From the NCBI RefSeq assembly GCF_009914755.1, contig NC_060944.1: a DNA stretch of 64,000 nucleotides. One strand, given 5' to 3'. This document shows, one piece after another, positions 13,651 through 27,653 of the stretch. Source of the DNA: the human T2T-CHM13v2.0 reference genome, Homo sapiens. Numbering within the stretch: the first letter of the stretch is position 1; each line of letters starts with the position of its first letter. Below the pieces are notes generated by a model. The model was not told where the DNA came from and did not search any database. It was given only the letters and a program-made list of their open reading frames with translations. Both the position numbers and the translations under genes were made by a program.

Positions 13651-14394
13651 CACAAGCATAAAAAACAAAAAGAGAACCAATCACAGCATCATGTTCAACT
13701 GCCTTGGGAATTCAGGCACTCAGAACAATAGAAGTTTATTCCATCTGCTAATAAGGCCAAATATCAAAGAAAATAAATGAAAGGACAAGCCAGGGAAAAG
13801 AACCAAGATTCCATGTGGAAATAATCTCACCCATGTCCTGTACCCCTCCACTTTCAGTTTCAATACCACAAATTCTTTTTATGATTTGGTTAGCAGTTCC
13901 CTCTGGGCGTGTAATAATCTTGGCTGTTATGTATCGGCAGCTTTTTAATTGGTCTTCCTACTTCCATTTTGGCCAAGCTCCAATCCATTCTTTCCACTGC
14001 AGCCCAAAGTGTCTTTTGAAATTGCAAATCAGAACAAGCCACCTGCCCTCTCTTTGTTTCAAAACTTCAATATTGTCTCGTTGCTCTTAGAACAACATGA
14101 AATGCCACACAACTTGCACAACCTCACCTGCTCTTCAACCCCATCTCTCAGAGCTCCCGCCCCTTCTACTTTCCAGCTATACTGATTCTTCCAATTCTGG
14201 AATCTGTGGCAGCCTCCCCACTGCCAGAAGTCTTTGCACGTGCTGTTTCTTGACTGCCAAGGTCTCATAATCTGATCAGCCAGTGAACAACTTCTCACCC
14301 TGTATATTCCAATTGAGGATCATATGTTACCGTTAAGAAAATCTGTTCCTTTATTATAACAAGATAGTAAAACAGATTGGTCAAATCTCAGTGT

Positions 14395-14552
14395 TTCCAG
14401 AGCCAGAAGACCTGGGTTCAAATTATAGCTGTACCACTTACTAGCTCTGTGACTTTGATCTCAACTTCTTCATTGGTAAAGATGGGTAGCAAAATTAGTA
14501 CCTGCTCCTAGAATAATTATAAAGTTATATGAGATCATACATGCAAAACATT
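14395..14552 (+). mobile_element. MIR SINE
   Basis: gagccagaagacctgggttcaaat..accacttactagctctgtgactttg. Confidence 0.8.
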
Positions 14553-14899
14553 TCCCATTTCTAATTTAGAATTCATTCTCTATCCATCTTTTTACTATTT
14601 TTTCATATATCACTTGTCCTTCTCTTAATTCTTTTCCCTGCGTCTCTTAATGTTCTGCGTTTTTTCTATGATGTATCTGTGAAAAATCTAATTTTATGGA
14701 TCTGCTTGTACTCACAGTAAAATATTGGTTTAAAGGCTCACATCTTGCTTCAATCCTAGAAAAAAAAGTCAATTATTCTCTTTAAATATTACTTCCTTAC
14801 CATTCTCTCAATTTTCTAGAACTGTATTATTCACATGGAGAAAATGTTGAGGCTCAATGGAAAAAAGGGCATTATTTAGACAACCATGTGAGCATCCAT

Positions 14900-15100
14900 G
14901 TCCCATAAAGACCAGCTAGTAAATCCTGTTTTAGGCTTCATGGGTTAGGCTTCATGTTGCAGGTATTCAACTCTACATTGTAGTGTGAAAGTGGACAGTG
15001 ACGGCATGCAAACATGTGGCTGTGTTCCAACAACACATGACACTTTACTTACAAAAACAGGCAGCAGACTCAACTTGGCCCATTTCTATACTTTGCCAGC
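14900..15100. mobile_element. MER58A-like hAT MITE
   Basis: tagtaaat..ttttaggctt..attcaactct..tgtagtgtgaaag..tggctgtgttccaa..tttacttacaaaaacaggcagc. Confidence 0.7.
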
Positions 15101-15403
15101 CGTTCGCTTGGCACATTCTGGGTCACCTGAGTCTGGCCTTCCATTGCCATTGCCCTGCTTTACAACTCTCTCAGTCGTGGATAACTGAAAGCAATGCAAA
15201 CAAATTCTTGTCCTTGGACATGACAATTCTGACCCATGGAGACTTAGTTCACTTGGCCCTCAGTCTCACAAAGAAAAAGCCTGTTTCATGTCACGTATTT
15301 GTAAGTTCATTTTAATATCTTTGTTCTATACAAATTTGTCTTTAACTTATTCAAACCAGTTGTAACATTTTACAGATTCCCTAATTAATAACAGGCTAAA
15401 TCA

Positions 15404-15751
15404 GGCCAGGCATGGTGGTTCAAGACTGTAATACCAGCACTTTGGGAGGTCGAGGCAGGAGGATCACATGAGGTCAGGAGTTCAAGACCAGCCTGGCCAA
15501 CATGGTGAAACCCCATCTCTACTAAAAATACAACAAAAAATTAGTCGGGCATCATGACGCATGCCTGTATTCCCAGCTACTCAGCAGGCCGAGACAGGAG
15601 AATCTTGAACCCGGGAAGTTGTAATTTGATCGCAATGTGGTCATGGTAGCATGCGAAAGAGAGGCTTGAACCCAGGAAGCGGAGGTTGCAGTGAGCCGAG
15701 ATTGTACCACTGCACTCCAGCCTGGGCAACAGAGTGAGACTCCATTTCAAA

Positions 15752-15782
<31 letters not shown>

Positions 15783-15784
15783 AA
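15404..15784 (+). mobile_element. AluS (Sx-like) with internal 46-bp insert and (AAAT)n tail
   Basis: Both arms present; cttgaaccc(g/a)ggaag duplicated around a non-consensus insert. Confidence 0.95.
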
Positions 15785-17141
15785 TCTTTAATGTGTTCAT
15801 TTTTCATCTGTATGAGAATTACGATTTGTATCTTTTTTATTAATATTACCCTTCAACATACGTGTGTCGGAATCTCTCAGTCTTCATAACACCTAACTGG
15901 TTTTTCATAGTCTTAAACCTCTTTGTCATATATGATGGTGAATTCTCAGTAATATCGGCAATACTAATTCTCTTTTTGACAATGTCCATTCTAGAATTTG
16001 GCCATTCACCGCATGCCTCATTTGAAGGGTTATGCTTCTAATGTCAACATTTCCGCATTTCCTGTTTCATTGCATCTTATTTTATACTCTCTTATTCTTC
16101 CTCATGGACACAGTTTCCGCAGATAAGTCTTTGAGTTTCTTAAACATACCTAAGACAAAAAGCTTCATCTGCGCAAGGCATCCTGAACAGTGCCTGACAC
16201 GTGTCCACATTCAAAGAATAGTTGTTGTCTTAGGTTAAGTTTTTCCAGATGGGTTGGTCTAATGGTTCTAATTGCTTATTTTGCAGCCTCCTTGGCATTA
16301 ATTTCCTGTGCTTTATTCACAAACCATTCTAACATAGCACATCTGCACTTACTGCACATACATACGAAAACTTTGAGTGGAATGAATTACTTATTTTTCA
16401 CTTTCCCTTGGTGATCACACACATGTACACACACATACACACACTACTTTTGTTTATGCCTCCACCAACCCTCTGAGTCTCCTATCTGGCATTGGCCTTT
16501 TAATGGCAATTTGAGATTCCAATTTTGTAGAGACAAAGAGGACACCCCATATCCAGCCACTGAATCGGGTGATTTCATTTGAGACTTGGTTTCAAGGCTA
16601 AGACTGCAGTCTCATATTTCCCTAGGTCTTCAGCTTTCTGAAATCATAAGCCTGGCAACAATCTGCAGAGTTTCTTCTAGTGGGTTTACAGAGCAGTCCC
16701 ATCCCAACTCTGTCCTCTAAGCCATAAGCATGCCTCTGTTTTCCTACCTTCATATTTTTAACCTGATTACCTGCAGGCACTGTCCTCCCAGCCAGGGCTG
16801 CCTGCATCCAGACCAGGAGCTCAGCATGAGATGTTCATTCTGTTTCCAAGCCTAGCTATGTCTCTGTTGGTATTTCTTGCTTGACATTTCGTCTATCATG
16901 ACTGTTTCTGAAACTGAGAGATTAAGTCAAAGTATGATAATACCATAATATTTTGACCACAACTGTGTTTATTATTCACATTGTATAACATGACTCATTT
17001 GCATATTAACAAAATAAAATAAAACTTTGCATTGACAGAAAAGTCCACTAGTTACACTACTTAGAAAGACATAAATAGAAGTGACTAAAAAAAAAAAACT
17101 TAATGGGAGCTTGATATTTTTTTTTTTTCACGTGCCACTAT

Positions 17142-17485
17142 GACAACAGTGCAATCAAATTAGAACTCAGGATTAAGAAACTCCCTCAAAACCGCGTAAC
17201 TACATGGAAACTGAACAACCTGCTCCTGAATGACTACTGGGTAAACAACGAAATGAAGGCAGAAATAAATAAGTTCTTTGAAACCAATGAGAACAAAGAC
17301 ACCACATACCAGAATCTCGGAGACACATTTAAAGCAGTGTCTAAAGGGAAGTTTATAGCACTAACTGCCCACAAGAGAAAGCAGAAAAGATCTAAAATCG
17401 ACACCCTAACATCACAATTAAAAGAACTAGAGAAGCAAGAGCAAACAAATGGAAAAGCTAGCAGAAGACAAGAAATAAGTAAGAT
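17142..17485 (+). mobile_element. L1PA (approx. PA5-7) internal ORF2 fragment
   Basis: In-frame [59 protein letters not shown], the end of the L1 ORF2p endonuclease domain and following linker. Confidence 0.95.
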
Positions 17486-17869
17486 AATTAATTTTAAAAT
17501 AACCTTTAGAAAAGCTAATGAATATTGCACTGATATCTACAAACTGATAAAAACTTTGCTGCCACCTCCAACATGCAATATTAAAACATTAAATATTTTA
17601 AAATCGCTCCAAAAATAATGTTAATCCTTGTTTTTTTCTGTAATTTTCCAATTCTAAAGACAATCCACTAGTCTGGTGTACACTTTTGAGCTATTCTGTC
17701 CACCACCTATTAAGAAGATAATATCTTAATTCAAAGGAGGTTCATACAAAGAGACAGAAAATTGACTGCTTAATGAGTTTGCAATGATTCCTTTCTAATA
17801 AACTTAGCACATCTGCATTACTGGTCATATATATGAAGAGTGAAGTTTGAATTTGTTCCTTGAAGCTTA

Positions 17870-18265
<396 letters not shown>

Positions 18266-18304
18266 TCCTGGAGATTTTAAAGATGGGCAGTATCAATTAG
18301 ATTG

Positions 18305-18512
18305 GCAGTAACCAAGGCTAATTTAACTTCCAAGGGACATTTGACACTATCTGGAGACACTTTTGGTTATCAAAATGGAAAGAATATACAGTTGGCATTG
18401 AATGGGTAAGAGGCCAGAGTTGTTGCAAAACATCCTCCAATGCACAGGACGCCCCCTGGATAAAGATTAATCTAGACCTAAACGTCAGTAGGGCAAATGC
18501 TGAGAAACTCAG
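18305..18512. mobile_element. MER20
   Basis: agggacatttgacactatctggagacacttttggttatca..gaggccag..aaacatcctccaatgcacaggac..tgagaaac. Confidence 0.8.
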
Positions 18513-18564
18513 GGGCAGACTTTACAATTCCCATTTGAGAAGCGTTTAATAAATTGTATGTCTA

Positions 18565-18706
18565 ATATATATATATACACACACATATACATATATACAC
18601 ATATATACGTGTACATATATACATATATACATATGTGTACATATATCCAGAGAAGATATGCATATATTTATACATTTATGTACATAACATCACTGTGTAT
18701 GTATAT
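18565..18706. repeat. Degenerate (TA/CA)n microsatellite
   Basis: Directly visible. Confidence 0.9.
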
Positions 18707-18814
18707 GCAGGGTGTTTTACTTTGCAGGAAAACATGTTGTTATTAAATTTAGGAAATTTCCTCCCACATGTCTTGGTTTATCCCACAAGAGCTTGCTGTG
18801 CTCAAAGATACTAC

Positions 18815-18990
18815 CTTGACTGAGCACTTTCTCATAAACTTGCTGAACCTTCATAAAGATCCCAGGTGGGTATTATTATTATTCCCTCAGTGCAGATGAG
18901 AATACTGAGATCGAGAAGCGTTTAGTAACTTCCCTGAGGCCATAGAACTGGTAAGTGGAGGAGCCAAGATTCTCACCCAGTCTAGTTCAT
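18815..18990 (-). mobile_element. MIR SINE
   Basis: ggtattattattattccc..cagatgagaatactgag..agtaacttccctgaggcca..gtaagtggaggagccaagattc. Confidence 0.8.
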
Positions 18991-20039
18991 CTTACTCATT
19001 GTTTGCAGTGTTTAATTGCTGACCCAATAAGGTCATTAAGGCACTTTCCACTGGGAAGTGTTGCCTTCCATCTCTTAGGAATGGTAGATGTATGTACTAG
19101 TTGGCACTTAAGAAGTGGTGATGTCTGAAGCATTAAGAAAACTTCAGCAGTGAAAGAAGGCACACATCAAAGCCACAGAGATGAATGCTAATGAGAAGAG
19201 TAAACATACGAAACTGCTTTTTTCTTTCTTCAAAAACCATTTCCAAGTCCCTACCAGGTGCTGTGCAGATAAAGCAGGGTCACAGAAGTGCTTTTCTGCA
19301 CAGGTTGAGCAGGAGGTGCACCGAGGCACAGTCTTAGCCTGGGGTGTTTCTTATAGCTAAGCTGAGAATTACGTTTGATTCACATTGGCTGGATTTCATT
19401 GCAGGATCCTGGAGTGCCCAGAAAACCCAAAAGAAGCAGACTCAGGCTGCGATCAGAAGAATTTTATTATCCAAGTTGCAACATGCAAATATCTTCTTTG
19501 CAGTCTGCTTTCTGCAAACATCAAGTGAAAAAAATAAGCAGGAAAAATGAGAAAAAAAAAAAAAACTGGTACAGTTCATGCTTCACAAAGTCCTGTAGGT
19601 TATTACCATGTTTTAAGTTGTGAGTTGCAAACACAAGCTGTTCTTAAACAAGAACAAAAAGAAAAAGCAGATGGTTTCTTTTTACATCCTGTGAAACTTT
19701 TCCTGAATATAAGCATATGTTCCCTTCTCCCCAGCTGGCATTCCCCATGCAAATGATCAGTTTGGGGTTTTTTTTGTTTTTGTTTGTAATTTTGAGGAAA
19801 ATTCTTGATGCCCATCCCCCATCCCACTCTAAATCCCATAATACCTAGAAATAAGAACAGGGAAAGGCAATCGCCAAAATATTTGATCAAAGTAAGTCTT
19901 TGAGGCATCATTGCTGTGTAGAAGTATGTTTGAGCCTAAGTATCATCCTGACTTTATCGTTATTACTATTATTTTTACATTATGTCTATTTTTCTCAACA
20001 AACATCTTTCTTGGTACTCAATTGTTTTTCCTATATGTG

Positions 20040-20285
20040 ACATGGTAGAAAAATGTGAGATTTGCAGTTATAAAGACTTGGATTCAAGTTTACTTACTTA
20101 TTAAATGACTGTTACCTTTGGGAAAATTATTTTAAATTTATTTTAAAATATTTTTATTCTCTGTGACCCTCAGTTTTATAATTCACAAAGTGGAGACAAT
20201 AACATCTCCATTTTCACAGAGATTTAGAAGAGAAATATATATAAGGTACTGGAACAAGGCTGACCCTCAATAAATGGTTACTATT
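20040..20285 (+). mobile_element. MIR SINE
   Basis: agacttggattcaag..ctctgtgaccctcagtttt..aaagtggagacaataa..ctcaataaatggttactatt. Confidence 0.65.
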
Positions 20286-20324
20286 TTGAACTCCCGGCAA
20301 ATTGTATAACCTCGAACCACTCAC

Positions 20325-20476
20325 TTCTCAAAAATCTGGTTCTTCCACCAGCAGCATCGGCAGGATTCAGAAGCTTGTTAAAAATCCCAAAATCTCAGAT
20401 CTGCTACATTTTGTTCTGCATTGTAAATAAGCCCCCTAGATGATTCTTAATCTCATTTCAGTTTGAGAGACACTGC
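20325..20476. mobile_element. MER5A-like MITE
   Basis: cttctcaaaa..accagcagcatcggca..agcttgttaaaaat..tgattctta..agtttgagagacactg. Confidence 0.7.
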
Positions 20477-20956
20477 ACTAAATCTTATTTGCCTCATTCA
20501 CATATATAGTGACAGCACTAGCACTTACTTCATAGAAGTATTGGAAGATGAAATAAGATAGTGTATTATTTGTATAGTATTGCGTGAAGTGCCTAGCACA
20601 TACTACCTTTTAAATAAATGGTAGTTATTATTGAGGTGTTACTGCTTTATTGGTGGTGTTGATCTGGAAATGTATATGGGAACTTCAAGAGCCTTGAATG
20701 GGCTTCAGTTTTGCTCAATTATCTGCATTGTTTTAAAGGAGTTTCCCACAGATGTTAACTATCATCCTGGCTTAGGTGGACTGCAATTGTGTTTGCTTCA
20801 CTACACATCTTAGCAGCCAAAAGAGTGTCTCTCTTGTTACTACTTAAATTCTTCTTGTGCCTTAAGAGGTATAGGAGGAGGAGAATCCAATGTTTCTGAA
20901 CAGTTTTGTTTTATAGCCAGATACAACTGTTACAGTCAAAGCGCTACTTGCTCCAA

Positions 20957-21415
20957 TATTAGTTATCTATGGCTATGTAAAAAAACTATCCCAAACTTAG
21001 TACAAAACAAAACAAAAAGCCATTTAAATCATGCAGTTTGAGGGGATCAGTTGTTCAGGAGAAGCCTAGCTGGGTAGCTCTGGCATGAGATCCTGCCTGA
21101 GATCGCAGTCCATTTGATGACCAGAGCTGGAATCATCTGAAGGCTTGACTGAGGCTGGAGGTTCAGCTTTCAAGGTGGTTCACACACGTGACTGTTAGCT
21201 TGAACCAGCAATCAGAGAGAGACATTGAGAGGTGGAGGAGAGAAAAGCTATAGTGGCCTTTATAACCTCATCTCACAAGTGACACACCATCATTTCCATT
21301 GTATTCTATTGGTCACACACACCAACCCTGGTACAATGTGGAAAGGTACTACAGAAGGGTGTGACTACCAGGAAGCAGAGATTGCTGGGGACCATCTTGA
21401 AGGCTGGCTACCACA
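20957..21415 (-). mobile_element. MaLR solo LTR, MLT1F/G/H-like
   Basis: tattagttatctat..; catctgaaggcttgactgaggctgg; attctattggtcacaca; terminal ggaccatcttgaaggctggctaccaca. Confidence 0.8.
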
Positions 21416-22264
21416 GTCTCTGGCCCACTAATTTATACGAAAGTAGATGAGTGTAATGAATATAATGCAACCTCCCAATTAATTTCATATCCAGTTCAAC
21501 TTGTCTCTCTTCCAAGAAGCTTCTCTGCCAAGATATATTTTTCAATCATCTCCCTCCTATAAATGTTGACAGCATTTGTTCACGCTCTACTCTTTTAAAG
21601 ATGTCATTTTGCTCCATTTTTATTTCACAAATGCCAGTCTAGTCACCTTGAGGGCAAAAGTTGTGTCAAATTATTTTAAGGATTCCTTAAAATTTTCAGT
21701 ATGTGCTAAGTATATAGTAGGTACTCATAATAATTATACTTTAAATGATTAAAATATAAGTGTTAGCTAAAAACTAAATTTTGTTGGATTAACTGGCTTA
21801 GATTCTACAGAATGGTCAAGGCAAAATGTGATTGCAATTTATTTTTAGTTTCACCAATAATCCTATAGAATCATTTTTAGGAAAATAGGTCTTGAAAAGC
21901 ACATTCTAAACATTATAATGCAGTAAAATCTCAGTTTACAAGAATCCAACTAATCATACTCAGCAGTTTAAAACAGAACCAGAATCTGACTATCTAGAAT
22001 AAATTTACCACATAATTTTATCCTTAGACTGTATATATATATAATATATGACAAAATAGTATTAGGTTATTTATTTATAAGATGGGCCAACAGGATATCT
22101 GTCAGAGTCAGTGTAAATTCAAACCCACCTCTTTGATCTTTCAAATATGTAGCCTGGACATTCTTTTTAAAATTGTCTTGAAGCCTTCTAGAACTCTTGG
22201 TCATTAAACCGCAGCTTCATGTTGTCTATTATATGCAAGAAAACATGCCTATTCACACTGAATC

Positions 22265-22690
22265 CTTGCACATATCTACTTGATGGTCTTGGCCTTGCCT
22301 TTCCCTTTGCTACAACCTTCTTCCCCTAGATATCCACCCACAGAGCTTGCCTCTTCACCTCCTAAAGAACTTCACTCAAATGGCACCATCTCAATGAGGC
22401 TTACCCTGGTGACGATATTCCATGTGGCAATCATCATTTATACACCCTCAGCATGGCTGATTCCCATTAACCATGCCTAATGGTTTTTTTGACCTAGTAC
22501 ATATCACCTTCTAAAAATATATATAATTTACTAATTTCTTATGTTTATTGTCTTTCTCTGGAAAGTGGCAGCTTCCCCAGGACAGGGACTGTTGCCTCTT
22601 TTACTTCCCAGTGTATCCTAAGTGCCCGAACCAGTGCCTGGAACATAACGTATGCTTAACAGGAATTTTTTTGAGTAAATGAATGAATTG
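22265..22690 (+). mobile_element. L2a 3' fragment
   Basis: ttcactcaaatggcaccatctcaatgaggcttaccctg..cagtgcctggaacataa..gagtaaatgaatgaat. Confidence 0.75.
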
Positions 22691-24198
22691 GAAGAATTTT
22701 TTCACAATATAATTTGAAACAAAAAAAATCTTTGCTGGTGAGTCTTGAACTAAGTAGATATTTCCTTGGGAAAGACTACTTTCCCAATAATTCTGATTAA
22801 TTATGGCACATCTTTTAACATATGTGGAAAGCAAATATATTATAAATGGATAAAATATAATGTAAAGCATTTTATTTTAAACATCATTTTCAAAATTCAT
22901 TAAAGCTACAATATAGAAGTTGGTAGAGTTTATTAGTCAAGTCACTTAAAATCACTTCAGGCTATACAAGCAACTGGCTTGACTGACTTGAATTCAATGA
23001 CTGAAATCAACGTTTAACTGAATTGATGCACATTCTGTTGATATAAAAGTACATTAACTGTTCTGAAGCTCTAAGTAATGATAGGTTTTTCTTTTTTTTT
23101 TAACTTTATCACTAAAACTTTAAGTATGACTGATACCTGCCTTCTGTATTAGAACATATGCAGGAAATTTACTTTTTTTTCTCAAAATGGTAATTCCAGG
23201 AGATGATAAAGCCAATATATTTTGAAAAGAAATGACATTACAATAACAATATAACTTTGTAATCAAATATTAATGTTTTTATAAATGTTTATTGTGCTGT
23301 TAAATTAAATGAATTCCATGCATGGGCAAAGTAAACTATGTATATTCTGCCATGAAAGAAATGGTAAATCAAATAACTGGGTATTTAACAATGATTTATT
23401 TATTTTCAACACTTGCAATGTCCTCATTCCCAAATCCCTAGAAGATAGTTTAATGTATGGAAAAAATGTAAAAATGAATGAAAATGCTCTTATGACATGA
23501 AGACTTGTGTAATTATTGGAGTCCAGAATTTACAAATTACATCTTGTGGCGAGTGGTGTTTAGCTTGCTTTGTTAACCTTTCATTCATGTAAAAGCTGAA
23601 TTAATTTTCCCTGAATTACATTGTTCTCTTTGGAAGATTATGTTTAACTACTTACATTAAAATTCTAAACTTCTGTCATGTAATACAAGCAAAATACACA
23701 CAATTAACGCAACCACATTAAAAGACTGAGTTGACATATTTTTAATTATAATAATTTATAGAAAATTCTTGTGAAACTTTTTTGACTTTCACTTCTTGGA
23801 TGGCCCCTGATTTTGCCTGTCAATAAATAGAGAAGAGCAAGGCAGTATGCTGTAGCGCACAAAAAGGTTTAGGTAGATAAGTGTCCCAAAGAGTCCACTG
23901 ATACAATGCAAGTCCCTGGTTAATGTGTGACAGAAGAATGTAATGCTGGGAAGACATACTCAATAGTCTAGAACTCCTCCAATGTTAATGTAGTTCAGCA
24001 AATATTTTTGAGAGCCTATAAATTCAATTTCACAATCTTAAGATCCTTTTCTATTGAACTGATGTTGTGAATTTGTCATAACACTGTTGTTAGAAGAAAT
24101 TCTAAATTTCTTATCAATGAGATTGACTTTGATATGACCATCATCTACTCATCCACTAATGATGTAGTGGTTGATGTCATAAGAAAAACAGTATTGAG

Positions 24199-24215
24199 GG
24201 CTGGGCACGGTGGCT
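24199..24215 (+). mobile_element. Alu 5' stub (17 bp)
   Basis: ggctgggcacggtggct equals Alu positions 1-17 with only CpG-type changes; preceded by A-rich aagaaaaacagtattgag. Confidence 0.55.
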
Positions 24216-24659
24216 TCAGAGGTAATGACAACCTGACCAAGCTCTAAGACAAAATAACCGTTTCTGAGGGGATGCCTTCTCTTCAATATTCTACCAACCG
24301 TCACCTAAGGAAGACAAGTTCTGAGTGGCATGGCTACAGTGTCAGTGCTAGTGTCAGAAACTACAGCACAGGGCAGATAGATGCATTTTTTAAGATCACC
24401 ACAAGTCAAGGAAGGACAGAACGGGAAGGAGCAGCTGAGATCACCAAACTCTCTAACTTGATGCATAAGAGAAGTGATGCCCAACAAACAGAAAATGGCT
24501 TCTCCAAATCCAGGAATTAAGTTGCAAAACTGGGGCCCCAGATTTTATTTCTGTGAGACCATGATGCCTCATGAACGATAACATGCTGAGGAATTCTCAG
24601 TCTTCTGTCTCTGCCTTTCCAGCCAGTTAGGCTAAACCCAAGCCTACTATGTGGCCCTC

Positions 24660-24785
24660 AGTTTTCCTGCATCAGGATCTCTGGTGTGTTTGTTGAAGGT
24701 GCAGAATCCCAGAAGGCAAAGTCCTTCCACCTGCATTTTTAACAAGGCTAATTCTGATGCATATTCAAGCTTGATGACCACTGCT
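24660..24785. mobile_element. MER5-like MITE
   Basis: tgcatcaggatctctgg..tgcagaatcccag..ctgcatttttaacaag..attctgatgca..accactg. Confidence 0.6.
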
Positions 24786-25289
24786 CTAGGCATAATTGAG
24801 TCCTAATTCATTCTTTTATTAACTCTTTTCTGAGCCCTTGTTGTGAGATGAAGTATGTTAAGTACTGTGACAAACCCAGATACAGAAAAGAACCTTTAGG
24901 CACTACTAATACACTTTTCTGGGTTTAGATTGTAAATGCATCATCTGCCAACAGGATTACTATAACTTTTTTAAATCTTAGGAAAAAAAGTATGTACATG
25001 TGTGCAAGTGTATACCAAAACACACACGCTGTGTTACAACTCTTTTGATAACAAGTCACCAAATACTAACTGGAGCAGGAATTTATTTTAAAGATTACTG
25101 ATACCTATAGACCAGGCTGGAAATCAACAGGGCTTCAGTAACACCCAGAATGAGGAACTCAAATGTTGTGAGAACGCTGCCTCCATTATTCATCTAGGTC
25201 TTTCTACTGGTATATGCTTCATTCTTCTCCTCTCTTTCCTGCCCCCTTTCCCCTTTCTTCCCCCCTCTACAATGTGAGGCAGCTCCACT

Positions 25290-25990
25290 GATTTCCTGTT
25301 AATTTCACTTATTCACCCCCATTCCCTACAAACACACACTGACCTCTCTATTTTTCAAACTCATTGAACTCTTTCTTGCCACAAATCATCTGCATTCACT
25401 ATGCCCTCTGCCTGGCATGCACTTTGCATAGCAGCTGCTTTCTCCATCATTATAATTCAGTTCAAATAGTTACTCTTAAGAGAGGACTTCCCTAGGTATG
25501 TACTACTGGCTATTTACTCTGTGCAATGGGTGGCTCACAAAATCCCTGAATAATTAACAATCGGTTTCCATTTGATTATTTATATTCTATTCCACGGCTT
25601 ATTTACTTTATAGAATTTATCCAAACCTGAAAGTATCTTGTTTATCTATTAGTTTACCCTTGTAACTCCTGTCTTCTCCCACTAGAGTGTGGGCCCCATG
25701 CAGTGGTGGGCTACTGCTAGCTCATACAGGCTCATGAGAGCTGATTGTCAAATATGAGGAATTTTTGTGAGCTAGTTTTACACTTGAAGCTTGAAATTGG
25801 TCATGGCAGATATACTTGCAACATGGAAATTGGCAAATGCTACAAGTAAGGACTTTTTTTAAAAAAATTTCCCAGTGAGTTGGCCCACTAGTACACCACT
25901 GGCCCCATGAAAGCAGAGATCTTCTTTCCTTTTTCCCTCTTGCACTGTTAGCACCAGGTTGCAGTTAGTAAGTTGTTGGATGAGCGCATG
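25290..25990 (+). mobile_element. L2 fragment (interrupted by MER63)
   Basis: ccctctgcctggcatgc..cagttcaaat..agaggacttccct..tcttctcccactagagtgtgggccccatg[MER63]aaagcagaga. Confidence 0.7.
25701..25901. mobile_element. MER63-like hAT MITE with perfect 8-bp TSD
   Basis: TIR cagtggtg / caccactg; TSD gccccatg at 25693-25700 and 25902-25909. Confidence 0.85.
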
Positions 25991-26509
25991 CATGACTATT
26001 ATTACTTTAGACAACTCCTTTTTTGTCTCAAAAACAAAATTCAAAGGAAAATTACTCATTTGCTCAACAATGAGGTGCTTATGCTTGAACAATTAACTAT
26101 TTAAAAAGGTACCAGAATCATGTTATAACTCAATGCTGGGCTACACTTAGCTAGCTGTGGTGATGGAGGCAGCGGTACCATTTCTAGAAAAAGGACTGGG
26201 TAAAGAAAAGGAAAAAAAAAAAAAATGATTGCTGCACTTATTTCTTCCACTGAATGAAGCTCTTCTTGAGGCTGAGATGATTTTGTATTCTACTTTGTGG
26301 TCCACCTACTCACCAGCACGCTCTAAGAATATTATTTATTTAGGTTAGAATGCAATTATATATTACCATTATAAAGTCTTATACTAGTATGCCATGGACA
26401 CAAAAATAAATTCAGAAAATTATTCTAAGACACTCCCCACTGGCCAGCAAGCTCTTTAATAATAATTATCTGAGAATAGAAGGAGACTCCATTTGAAACC
26501 GTTTTTCTA

Positions 26510-27653
<1,144 letters not shown>

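Noticed and set aside
15619-15664. Possible mitochondrial (tRNA-Glu/ND5) or ERVL origin of the 46-bp insert
   Set aside because: Only patchy resemblance from memory, which cannot be supported without an alignment.
17253-17618. 121-aa ORF with a recognisable protein sequence
   Set aside because: It is an L1 ORF2p fragment running into flanking DNA, with no promoter or intact domain.
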